Assembly: GCA_964494945.1 (NCBI GenBank) | Contig: CAZBTX010000001.1 | Span: 3,088 to 67,087 of the forward strand | Length of the DNA: 64,000 nt | Origin: an uncultured Candidatus Saccharibacteria bacterium | GTDB lineage: Bacteria; Patescibacteriota; Minisyncoccia; Sungbacterales; JACQCQ01 | Direction: 5' to 3' | Shown here: positions 17,643 to 24,408 of the stretch, piece after piece | Position numbering within the stretch: position 1 is the first letter of the stretch | Layout: each line of letters starts with the position of its first letter | Program-made: the position numbers and the translations under genes | Notes under the pieces: generated by a model | Told to the model about the DNA's origin: nothing | The model's database searches: none | Seen by the model: the letters and a program-made list of their open reading frames with translations, nothing else

Positions 17643-18842
17643 ATGGAGCCCGCGGGACGCACAAAAAGATTGATGATAGCGTTGGCGTTTATTGTCGTCG
17701 GCGCTTCTTTCTTTTTGGGGATCGGGGTGGGGTACATCAACCGCCCGGCGGTGGAAAAAGTGGCGGGAATTTTAAATAAAGAAACGGCCAAGCCCGCTGA
17801 AGTGGATTTCAACCAGTTCTGGGACGTCTGGCGCCGCATTGAGGAGAGATACGTGGATAAAGATAAAATTGAGAGAGGTAAACTGATCGACGGAGCGATT
17901 GCCGGTATGGTCAAGGCCGTAGGTGACCCTTATACCGTTTACCTGCCGCCGCAGGAATCCAAAGAATTTCAAGCCGAGATCAAGGGCAGTTTTGAGGGTA
18001 TCGGCGCGGAGATCGGCATCCGCAAAAATATTTTGACGATCATAGCGCCGCTTAAGAATTCACCCGCGGAAAAATCGGGTTTGAAAGCAGGTGATAAAAT
18101 TTTAAAGATTGGAGACACCATAACCGCCGACTTATCCGTGGAAGAAGCCGTGCGTCTGATACGCGGACCCAAAGGTACTAAAGTTAAACTCACTATATTT
18201 CGCGATAACGACGGCGAACCGAAAGAGATATTTGTCACGCGTGACGTTATCGTGGTTCCCAACATTAAAACGGAATTGAAACCCGGTGGCGTTTTCTACA
18301 TACAGCTTTCTCATTTTTCCGAAAATTCATCCAGCGATTTCAAAAAAGCCGTGGCGGAGTTCCAGCGTTCGGGGTCAAACAAGCTGATTTTGGACCTTAG
18401 GAACAATCCCGGCGGCTTTTTGACGGCCGCAGTTGATATCGCCAGCTGGTTTTTGCCGGCCGGAGACACGGTGGTTACGGAACATTGGAGCAACAGCAAA
18501 GACGAGGTTTATCGGAGCAAGGGATATAAAGTTCTCGAGTCAACACCGGTCGTAGTTTTAGTAAATCAAGGGTCGGCTTCGGCCTCCGAGATCGTGGCCG
18601 GTGCTCTACGCGACAAAAGAGGAGCGAAACTCGTTGGCGAAAAAACTTTCGGCAAAGGGTCCGTGCAGGAGCTCCAGGATCTGGCCAAGGGCGCTTCGCT
18701 GAAAATTACCATCGCCAAGTGGTTAACCCCCTCCGGCAAATCCATAAACGAATCGGGGCTGGAGCCGGATTTCGCGGTCGCGGCGACCACGACGCCGGAT
18801 ATTGACCCGGTGCTGGAAAAGGGTCTGGGACTCCTAAGATAA
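17643..18842 (+). CDS. ctpA: Carboxyl-terminal processing protease, S41A family
   Basis: PDZ domain (GIGAEI), DLRNNPGG, SASASEI, KTFGKGSVQ. Confidence 0.93.
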   Translation: MEPAGRTKRLMIALAFIVVGASFFLGIGVGYINRPAVEKVAGILNKETAKPAEVDFNQFWDVWRRIEERYVDKDKIERGKLIDGAIAGMVKAVGDPYTVYLPPQESKEFQAEIKGSFEGIGAEIGIRKNILTIIAPLKNSPAEKSGLKAGDKILKIGDTITADLSVEEAVRLIRGPKGTKVKLTIFRDNDGEPKEIFVTRDVIVVPNIKTELKPGGVFYIQLSHFSENSSSDFKKAVAEFQRSGSNKLILDLRNNPGGFLTAAVDIASWFLPAGDTVVTEHWSNSKDEVYRSKGYKVLESTPVVVLVNQGSASASEIVAGALRDKRGAKLVGEKTFGKGSVQELQDLAKGASLKITIAKWLTPSGKSINESGLEPDFAVAATTTPDIDPVLEKGLGLLR

Positions 18843-19016
18843 TTCAAAAATCAAAATGGAAAATGACGAGTAGAACGACTAATTAACCTAATTTCTAATT
18901 ATTCTAATCAAATCCCAATGTCTAATGACGCAATGATTTAAAATAATAATTAATGAGTCGTTGGACATTCAGGCATTAGACATTGATTAGATTAATTAGA
19001 ATAATTAGATATTCAT
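18841..19016. repeat. AT-rich CTAAT/ATTAG imperfect inverted-repeat element, empty form
   Basis: GACTAATTAACCTAATTTCTAATTATTCTAATCAA matches the reverse complement of the flank at about 50207-50242. Confidence 0.75.
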
Positions 19017-19021
19017 ATGGT

Positions 19022-19468
19022 ATGAAGGTAATTCTACTTCAAGACGTTTCAAAAGTTGGCCATAAAGGCGACATAAAGAACGTCTCTGACGGATACGCGC
19101 GGAATTTTCTCCTGGCGCGTAAGCTGGCCGTGGAAGCCACAAAAGAAATGCTCGCCCAAAAAACCAGCGAAGAAAAACGAAATGCCGCAAAAAGACATGA
19201 GGAGGCGAGAAAATACGAATGGCTTCGTGATCGGCTTTTAAGTATCACCATTCCTCTTTCTTTAAAATTGGGCGAGAAAGGCGAGGCCTTCGGCTCGATT
19301 GGGGCGGCAAAAATTCTGGAAGCGCTTTTAAAGCAGAAAATTGAACTGCAAAAGGAATGGCTGGTTCTGCCAAAGGCGTTAAAAACACTGGGCGAGCACC
19401 ATATACCCATTAATTTTCCGTACGGCGTGCAAGCCACCGTTAAGGTAATAATAGAGAAAGCCGCATGA
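19022..19468 (+). CDS. rplI: 50S ribosomal protein L9
   Basis: MKVILLQDV...[20 protein letters not shown]. Confidence 0.97.
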   Translation: MKVILLQDVSKVGHKGDIKNVSDGYARNFLLARKLAVEATKEMLAQKTSEEKRNAAKRHEEARKYEWLRDRLLSITIPLSLKLGEKGEAFGSIGAAKILEALLKQKIELQKEWLVLPKALKTLGEHHIPINFPYGVQATVKVIIEKAA

Positions 19469-19471
19469 TAA

Positions 19472-19585
19472 TAAATTCAAAAATCAAAAATCAAAAGTCA
19501 AAATGACAAATCAAAATTCAAAAATAAATTGCCGAAGGCGTACCAAAATTTTGCACTTTGACTTTTGCATTTTGCATTTGTAACT
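19472..19585. repeat. AT-rich CAAAAT/ATTTTG inverted-repeat element
   Basis: Heptad-like repeats; shares CAAAATGACAAATCAAAATTCAAAAAT with the copy before murG. Confidence 0.75.
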
Positions 19586-21214
19586 ATGACGCGTTTTATT
19601 TTTGTGGCGGGCGGGGTGATGTCGGGCATCGGCAAGGGCGTGGCCACGGCCTCCATTGGTAAAATTCTCTCCTCGCGTGGATTTCGCGTTTCGGCCGTAA
19701 AGATCGACCCGTATTTGAACGTAGACGCCGGCACCATGAATCCCATTGAGCACGGTGAGGTTTTCGTTACCGACGACGGCGTGGAGTGCGACCAGGACAT
19801 GGGGAATTACGAGCGCTTTTTGGACATAAATCTGCCTAGGGACAATTATATGACGACGGGCTCGGTCTATCAGACGGTGATAACCAGAGAACGCAATTTG
19901 GAATACGGCGGTCGGTGCGTGGAAATCGTGCCGCATATTCCCGAGGAGGTCATCGCGCGCTTGGATAGAGCCGCTAAAAAAGCCAAGGCCGATTTTCTTT
20001 TAGTTGAGGTCGGCGGCACGGTGGGGGAATATCAGAACCTTATTTTTCTGGAAGCCGGGCGCATGATGAATCTGGAGCGGCCGGGGCAGGTGATGTTCGT
20101 TCTGGTTTCATACTTGCCCGTACCTTCCTTCATCGGCGAGATGAAAACCAAGCCCACCCAGCAGGCGGTGAGGACCCTAAACGGCATCGGCATTCAGCCG
20201 GATATGATACTGGCCCGTTCCTCGCATCCTTTGGATGAACCGAGGAAAAGAAAAATATCAATTTTCTGCAACGTGTCGCCACAGGACGTTATCTCGGCGC
20301 CGGATGTTTCTTCCATTTACGATGTGCCGCTTAATTTTGAGAAAGAAGGACTTGGGGACAGAGTATTGGTAAAATTCGGGTTAAAGCGGCGGCGGAACGG
20401 CCGTGATATGAAAGAATGGAAGCGTCTGGTGCTGCGCGCGAAGAGAGTAAAAACGCCGGTGAAAATCGGAATTGTCGGCAAATACTTCGGCACCGGCAAT
20501 TTCACGCTTTCCGATTCGTACCTTTCCGTGATAGAAGCCATTAAGCACGCTTCCTGGGCCGAAGGCCGGAAGCCGGAAATAAAGTGGTTGGACGCCGAAT
20601 CATACGAAAAATCGGCCAAAAATCTGGAAGAGCTTAAAAAGTTTGACGGCATAATCGTGCCCGGCGGATTTGGTTCTCGCGGGATTGAGGGAAAGATAAA
20701 GGTCATTGAATACTGCAGAAAAAAGAAAATCCCGTTTTTGGGATTATGTTATGGGCTTCAATTGGCGGTGATTGAGTTTGCCCGAAATGTTTGCAAGTTG
20801 AGGAGCGCTAACACGACGGAAATTGACGCGAAAACCAAGCATCCAGTGATACACACTCTGCCGGAGCAGTTGATGTACATTCAAGAAAAAAAGATGGGCG
20901 GGTCCATGCGGCTCGGCGCTTACACTTGCGAGTTGAAGCCCGGGACAAAAGCCGCAAGAGCTTATGGCGAGCATATGGTTTCCGAGCGCCACCGCCACCG
21001 CTACGAGGTTAATAATGAGTACCGCGAAATTCTAGAGAAAAAAGGGCTTGTTGTCTCCGGCCTAAATCCAGAGCGGAATTTGATTGAAATCATGGAGCTT
21101 AAAAATCATCCCTTCTTTCTAGGCACCCAAGCGCACCCTGAATTGAAATCTCGGCCGCTTCATCCGCATCCATTGTTTAGAGCGTTCGTCCGGGCCGCGA
21201 AAAACCGTAAATAA
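19586..21214 (+). CDS. pyrG: CTP synthase
   Basis: GGVMSGIGKG, KTKPTQ, GLCYGLQ, ERHRHRYE, HPE. Confidence 0.98.
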   Translation: MTRFIFVAGGVMSGIGKGVATASIGKILSSRGFRVSAVKIDPYLNVDAGTMNPIEHGEVFVTDDGVECDQDMGNYERFLDINLPRDNYMTTGSVYQTVITRERNLEYGGRCVEIVPHIPEEVIARLDRAAKKAKADFLLVEVGGTVGEYQNLIFLEAGRMMNLERPGQVMFVLVSYLPVPSFIGEMKTKPTQQAVRTLNGIGIQPDMILARSSHPLDEPRKRKISIFCNVSPQDVISAPDVSSIYDVPLNFEKEGLGDRVLVKFGLKRRRNGRDMKEWKRLVLRAKRVKTPVKIGIVGKYFGTGNFTLSDSYLSVIEAIKHASWAEGRKPEIKWLDAESYEKSAKNLEELKKFDGIIVPGGFGSRGIEGKIKVIEYCRKKKIPFLGLCYGLQLAVIEFARNVCKLRSANTTEIDAKTKHPVIHTLPEQLMYIQEKKMGGSMRLGAYTCELKPGTKAARAYGEHMVSERHRHRYEVNNEYREILEKKGLVVSGLNPERNLIEIMELKNHPFFLGTQAHPELKSRPLHPHPLFRAFVRAAKNRK

Positions 21215-21422
21215 AAAAAATGAGGCGGGAGTCACGTCGCTTCTCTTGTCATACCATGCCGCTCTGCGGCCGGTTGCCCGTTAAGGCATGACGTGAGTGC
21301 GCGTTCCCGCCTCTGGGCTCCTAGGAGAGCCCGTTCAGATGGGTGCGAGCCATGGTAGGTACCTCCCCCGCTGGTCTGACCTCCCGATGGGGCTATTGTA
21401 CATATCTAAGGATTCTTGTCAA
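21213..21422 (-). ncRNA. Candidate small structured transcript with a 10-aa ORF (21321-21353)
   Basis: TTGACA-16-TACAAT promoter, GGAGG SD, MARTHLNGLS*, long stem GAGGCGGGA/TCCCGCCTC ending in a U-tract. Confidence 0.4.
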
Positions 21423-21480
21423 GGGTCGGAGAATTTAGTAGTATTATTGGGCCTACTTTTAAGCTAAAATCAAATATAAC

Positions 21481-21551
21481 CCTCCCATAGCTCAATGGCA
21501 GAGCAGTTGCCTTTTAAGCAATTGACCTAGGTTCGATTCCTAGTGGGAGGA
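21481..21551 (+). tRNA. tRNA-Lys(TTT)
   Basis: Acceptor CCTCCCA/TGGGAGG, anticodon arm GTTGC-CTTTTAA-GCAAT, T arm CTAGG-TTCGATT-CCTAG. Confidence 0.95.
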
Positions 21552-21582
21552 CAGTATAGGGGCCATTAGCATAGTGGCAGTG

Positions 21583-21650
21583 TCCCGACTTACATTAATA
21601 AGTTTAATCATAAGAAGTCGCGGATGCTCGATTTTCTTAAGAAAATCGAG
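21583..21650 (+). mobile_element. 68-nt two-hairpin intervening sequence in the D arm (position 24/25)
   Basis: TCCCGACTT...AAGTCG-CGGATGC-TCGATTTTC-TTAA-GAAAATCGAG. Confidence 0.8.
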
Positions 21651-21684
21651 CATCCGGTTTGTCCCGATTTATACAAATTTTTAA

Positions 21685-21930
21685 ATGTTTTATCTTTATG
21701 TTTTAAAATCAATTCAATTTGGGACCTACTATATTGGTAGTTGTAAAGATTTGCAGATTCGGCTAAGACAGCATAATAGAGGCAAGGTGAAGTCAACAAA
21801 GTTTCGAAAGCCATGGGAACTAGTACATTCAGAACGATTTATGACTTTATCTAAAGCTCGATCAAGAGAACTAGAACTCAAATCTTTAAAAAAGCGTATC
21901 GCATTGGAAAGGTTGATAAAACATTTCTAA
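21685..21930 (+). CDS. GIY-YIG nuclease, small stand-alone
   Basis: FYLYVLKS...YYIGSCKDLQIRLRQHN.G.VKSTK.RKPW...ARSRELELK. Confidence 0.92.
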   Translation: MFYLYVLKSIQFGTYYIGSCKDLQIRLRQHNRGKVKSTKFRKPWELVHSERFMTLSKARSRELELKSLKKRIALERLIKHF

Positions 21931-21969
21931 AATTTGTGAAATAAATCGAAGATTCTCGACGGCAGAGGT

Positions 21970-22040
21970 GGGCCCTTAGCTTAGTGGCAGAGCACCCGGT
22001 TTGCATCCGGGAGATAGGAGTTCGATTCTCCTAGGGTCCA
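21970..22040 (+). tRNA. tRNA-Ala(TGC), intact, nested inside the intervening sequence; no encoded CCA
   Basis: GGGCCCT/AGGGTCC (G3:U70), CCCGG-TTTGCAT-CCGGG, AGGAG-TTCGATT-CTCCT. Confidence 0.92.
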
Positions 22041-22094
22041 CCTCTGCCGTCGGAACATCCGGAAGGCGGGAGTTCGATTCTCCCATGGTCCACC

Positions 22095-22132
22095 AATCTC
22101 AAAAACGCGCCCGCGGGCGCGTTTTTGAGATT
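22095..22132. terminator. Terminator of the tRNA operon
   Basis: AATCTCAAAAACGCGCCC-GC-GGGCGCGTTTTTGAGATT. Confidence 0.8.
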
Positions 22133-22229
22133 GACCTCTGTTGCTCGTTGACGGCCGGTTTTTTGTATGCTATAGCTTGCGAAACGGTTTAAACGCCCTT
22201 TACCAATTTGGGAGAAGGAGAGGTGACCA

Positions 22230-23057
22230 GTGAAACAGAAATGGGGACGGATTCCGTTCGTTCTTCTGGCCGCGGCGGCCGTCATGCTGGCGGGGGTGCC
22301 TACTCTCGCCCGCGCTTTTGAGCCGACACGGCTTCTGCAGTGGAATCAGGAAGAGCGCCTTTCCGCGAATATCCTCGGCCGCTACTTTCTCCTGAACAAC
22401 CGGCCGGTCCAGCGGGGCACGCCGGAAAGCAGCTCCTCGGCGGCCTGGGAATACGGCCTGCGGCTGCAGTACCGCATTCTGGAAGTCCCGTCGCTCGGCA
22501 AGCTTGAGGCCTATGCCGACAGCGAGGGCTTCACGCACGAGGACGTTTTTGACAGCTGGCAGGTTCTGGTTCAGCTCGGCTGGACGCTGCGTAACTTCCG
22601 GGTTTCACTCGGGCACTTGCGCGAGCTGAATGTCGGACGCGGCAACCAGCACGGCGACGGAAGGCACGGCGCGTTCCAGCTTTGGGTGGGACCGGATGTC
22701 AAAGTCGTAGATACCGAGAAGTGGCTGGTTGACGCTTACGGACGTTATTTCATCAAGGCGAACATCCAGGCCTCCGTGAGCAACCGGCTGGACGAGGGGA
22801 ATGCGATGCTGGGAGAAGTCGGACTGCACGCGACCTATCGTCTCCTTCCTTACCTTTCCTTGAACGCATCTCCCTACGTTCTCGCGGACGACAAGGTTGA
22901 ACGCCTCGGTGTCTATCCTGCTGTCATCTTTGACGTAAGCAAGAAACTGCCGTTCGTTCCCGCGGGTATGTCGCTTGAGCTCGGGGGCAACTTCGGCTCT
23001 TCCGTTCATCGGCGCGAAGAAGTGGTTTGGTTCGGCCTTAACTGGAAACTGAAGTAG
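22230..23057 (+). CDS. Putative outer-membrane-type beta-barrel protein
   Basis: Signal peptide ending ARA, alternating hydrophobic strands, C-terminal VWFGLNWKLK; own promoter (TTGACG-17-TATAGC), SD and terminator. Confidence 0.6.
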   Translation: MKQKWGRIPFVLLAAAAVMLAGVPTLARAFEPTRLLQWNQEERLSANILGRYFLLNNRPVQRGTPESSSSAAWEYGLRLQYRILEVPSLGKLEAYADSEGFTHEDVFDSWQVLVQLGWTLRNFRVSLGHLRELNVGRGNQHGDGRHGAFQLWVGPDVKVVDTEKWLVDAYGRYFIKANIQASVSNRLDEGNAMLGEVGLHATYRLLPYLSLNASPYVLADDKVERLGVYPAVIFDVSKKLPFVPAGMSLELGGNFGSSVHRREEVVWFGLNWKLK

Positions 23058-23078
23058 CGTGCCGGCCAGCGGATTTGT

Positions 23079-23117
23079 GGGCGGCCTCGCCATCGGGCGA
23101 GGCCGCCTCTTCTTTTT
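23079..23117 (+). terminator. Rho-independent terminator
   Basis: GGCGGCCTCGCC...GGCGAGGCCGCC followed by TCTTCTTTTT. Confidence 0.75.
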
Positions 23118-23292
23118 GTTTTTTTGTGCATGAAATGGCCTGTTTAGAAAACCATTTTTACTTTACTGGTAAACCGATTGCAAAAATACGGTTTTTATTG
23201 TATTTTCAAGATAAGTAGCAGTCCTTTGATGTGCTGGTCTTCAAGTGGGGACCTAACATAAATTTCGCAGGATCTGGAAAGAGAGGTGAGTC

Positions 23293-23658
23293 ATGAAGAG
23301 GTTCGTCGCCGTACTTCTCGTCGTCATCGCTGTCGCGATGCTGGCCGGGCCGGTCGAGGCGCACCGCCACCACTGGGGCGGCCACCACCACTGGGGTGGT
23401 TCGTACTGGTGGGGACCCGGTCCCTACTGGGCTCCAAACCCCCTCTGGGCACTGCCGTATTACGTTCCGCCGCCCGTCGTGCGGGAGAGGGTCATCGTCG
23501 TTCCGGCCCCACAAGAGGAGCCGCAGACCTACGTCCAGCAACAGTCGCCGCCCGTGCAGTACTACTGGCACTTCTGCCGAAGTGCGAATGGGTACTACCC
23601 CTACGTGCCAACGTGTCCGGAAGCGTGGGAGCGAATCCCAACACAACCGCCTAAGTAG
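23293..23658 (+). CDS. Secreted Pro/Tyr/Trp-rich protein
   Basis: Signal peptide (VEA), HHHWGG repeats, YYWHFC...GYYPYVPTCPEAW. Confidence 0.8.
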   Translation: MKRFVAVLLVVIAVAMLAGPVEAHRHHWGGHHHWGGSYWWGPGPYWAPNPLWALPYYVPPPVVRERVIVVPAPQEEPQTYVQQQSPPVQYYWHFCRSANGYYPYVPTCPEAWERIPTQPPK

Positions 23659-23680
23659 CGGCTAGAGAGGAGGTACGGAG

Positions 23681-24235
23681 ATGTTGAGAAAAAGCGCCAC
23701 GAGGGCTGTTGCTCTTCTCTTGCTTGCGGTCTTCGCCGCCGGTTGCGTATCGCTGCCGCGCGAGGGTCCGTCCAATCCTGCCTTGATGGGACATGGGAAG
23801 AATGTCGCCCAGTACTACCAGGACGACCAGAACTGCCGAAATCTGGCGCTGGCAAGAGTCGGAAAGTCGCCGCAGGAAGCCGCCAACGAAAGTCAGGTGG
23901 CAAGCACTATCATCGGTACTATCATCGGTGCGGCGGTGGGTGCGGCGATTGGCGCCGCCACTGGTAACGCCGGTGCTGGCGCTGCCATAGGCGCTGGCAC
24001 TGGTTTCGTCGGAGGCACAGCAGCTGGCGCAAGCGCTGCCGCCGAGTCGGCAGTTGCCTACCAGCGGCGGTACGATGCAGAATACAACGTCTGCATGTAC
24101 AACGCCGGTCACCAGGTCCTAGGGCGTCAGGCGGTTCCGCAGTACGCGCCGCCGCCCTCACCTCCTCCGGGTTATGCGCCCCCGCCTCCTCCCGGTACAC
24201 CGCCACCGCCCCCTCCGGGAGTTCTGCCCCGGTGA
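23681..24235 (+). CDS. Glycine-zipper lipoprotein with a poly-Pro tail
   Basis: Lipobox AAGC; GAAVGAAIGAATGNAGAGAAIGAG; YNVCMYNAGHQV. Confidence 0.85.
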   Translation: MLRKSATRAVALLLLAVFAAGCVSLPREGPSNPALMGHGKNVAQYYQDDQNCRNLALARVGKSPQEAANESQVASTIIGTIIGAAVGAAIGAATGNAGAGAAIGAGTGFVGGTAAGASAAAESAVAYQRRYDAEYNVCMYNAGHQVLGRQAVPQYAPPPSPPPGYAPPPPPGTPPPPPPGVLPR

Positions 24236-24293
24236 ACGCTGGTCTCGCAAGAGTCCATGGCGGGGTGCAAGTGAGAATCATTCGAAGGCCGTC

Positions 24294-24347
24294 GCGGCCG
24301 GGCAGATGTAGTTGCTCTACATCTCGCCCGGCCGCTCTTTGTTTTTT
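24294..24347 (+). terminator. Rho-independent terminator
   Basis: GCGGCCGGGC...GCCCGGCCGC followed by a T tract. Confidence 0.7.
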
Positions 24348-24408
24348 AAGTAGCAACCGCAAGTTTATCGTGATAAAATGCCTACAGTACGAATAATTTC
24401 TGGATATT

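Larger units (their letters stand above)
21662..22055 (+). mobile_element. 394-nt two-hairpin intervening sequence in the anticodon (35/36) carrying a GIY-YIG gene and a tRNA-Ala
   Basis: TCCCGATTTAT...ATAAATCG-AAGATTC-TCGACGGCAGAGGT[tRNA]ACCTCTGCCGTCGGAA. Confidence 0.8.
21560..22095 (+). tRNA. Split tRNA-Ala(TGC): exons 21560-21582, 21651-21661, 22056-22095
   Basis: Joined exons give a complete 74-nt cloverleaf with G3:U70, A73 and encoded CCA. Confidence 0.85.

Noticed and set aside
21560-21600. tRNA-Val(TAC) 5' half suggested by CTTACA
   Set aside because: CTTACA lies inside the 68-nt insert; the G3:U70 acceptor pairing and the reconstructed TGC anticodon identify tRNA-Ala.
21662-22055. 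Group I intron with homing endonuclease at tRNA position 35/36
   Set aside because: After removing the ORF and cargo tRNA only short hairpin arms remain, with no room for a catalytic core; the 5' exon ends in G rather than U and the insert ends in A rather than G.
22056-22095. attR-type duplication of the tRNA 3' end from an integrated island
   Set aside because: It differs from the inner tRNA by compensatory changes and pairs exactly with the 21560 segment; no integrase nearby.
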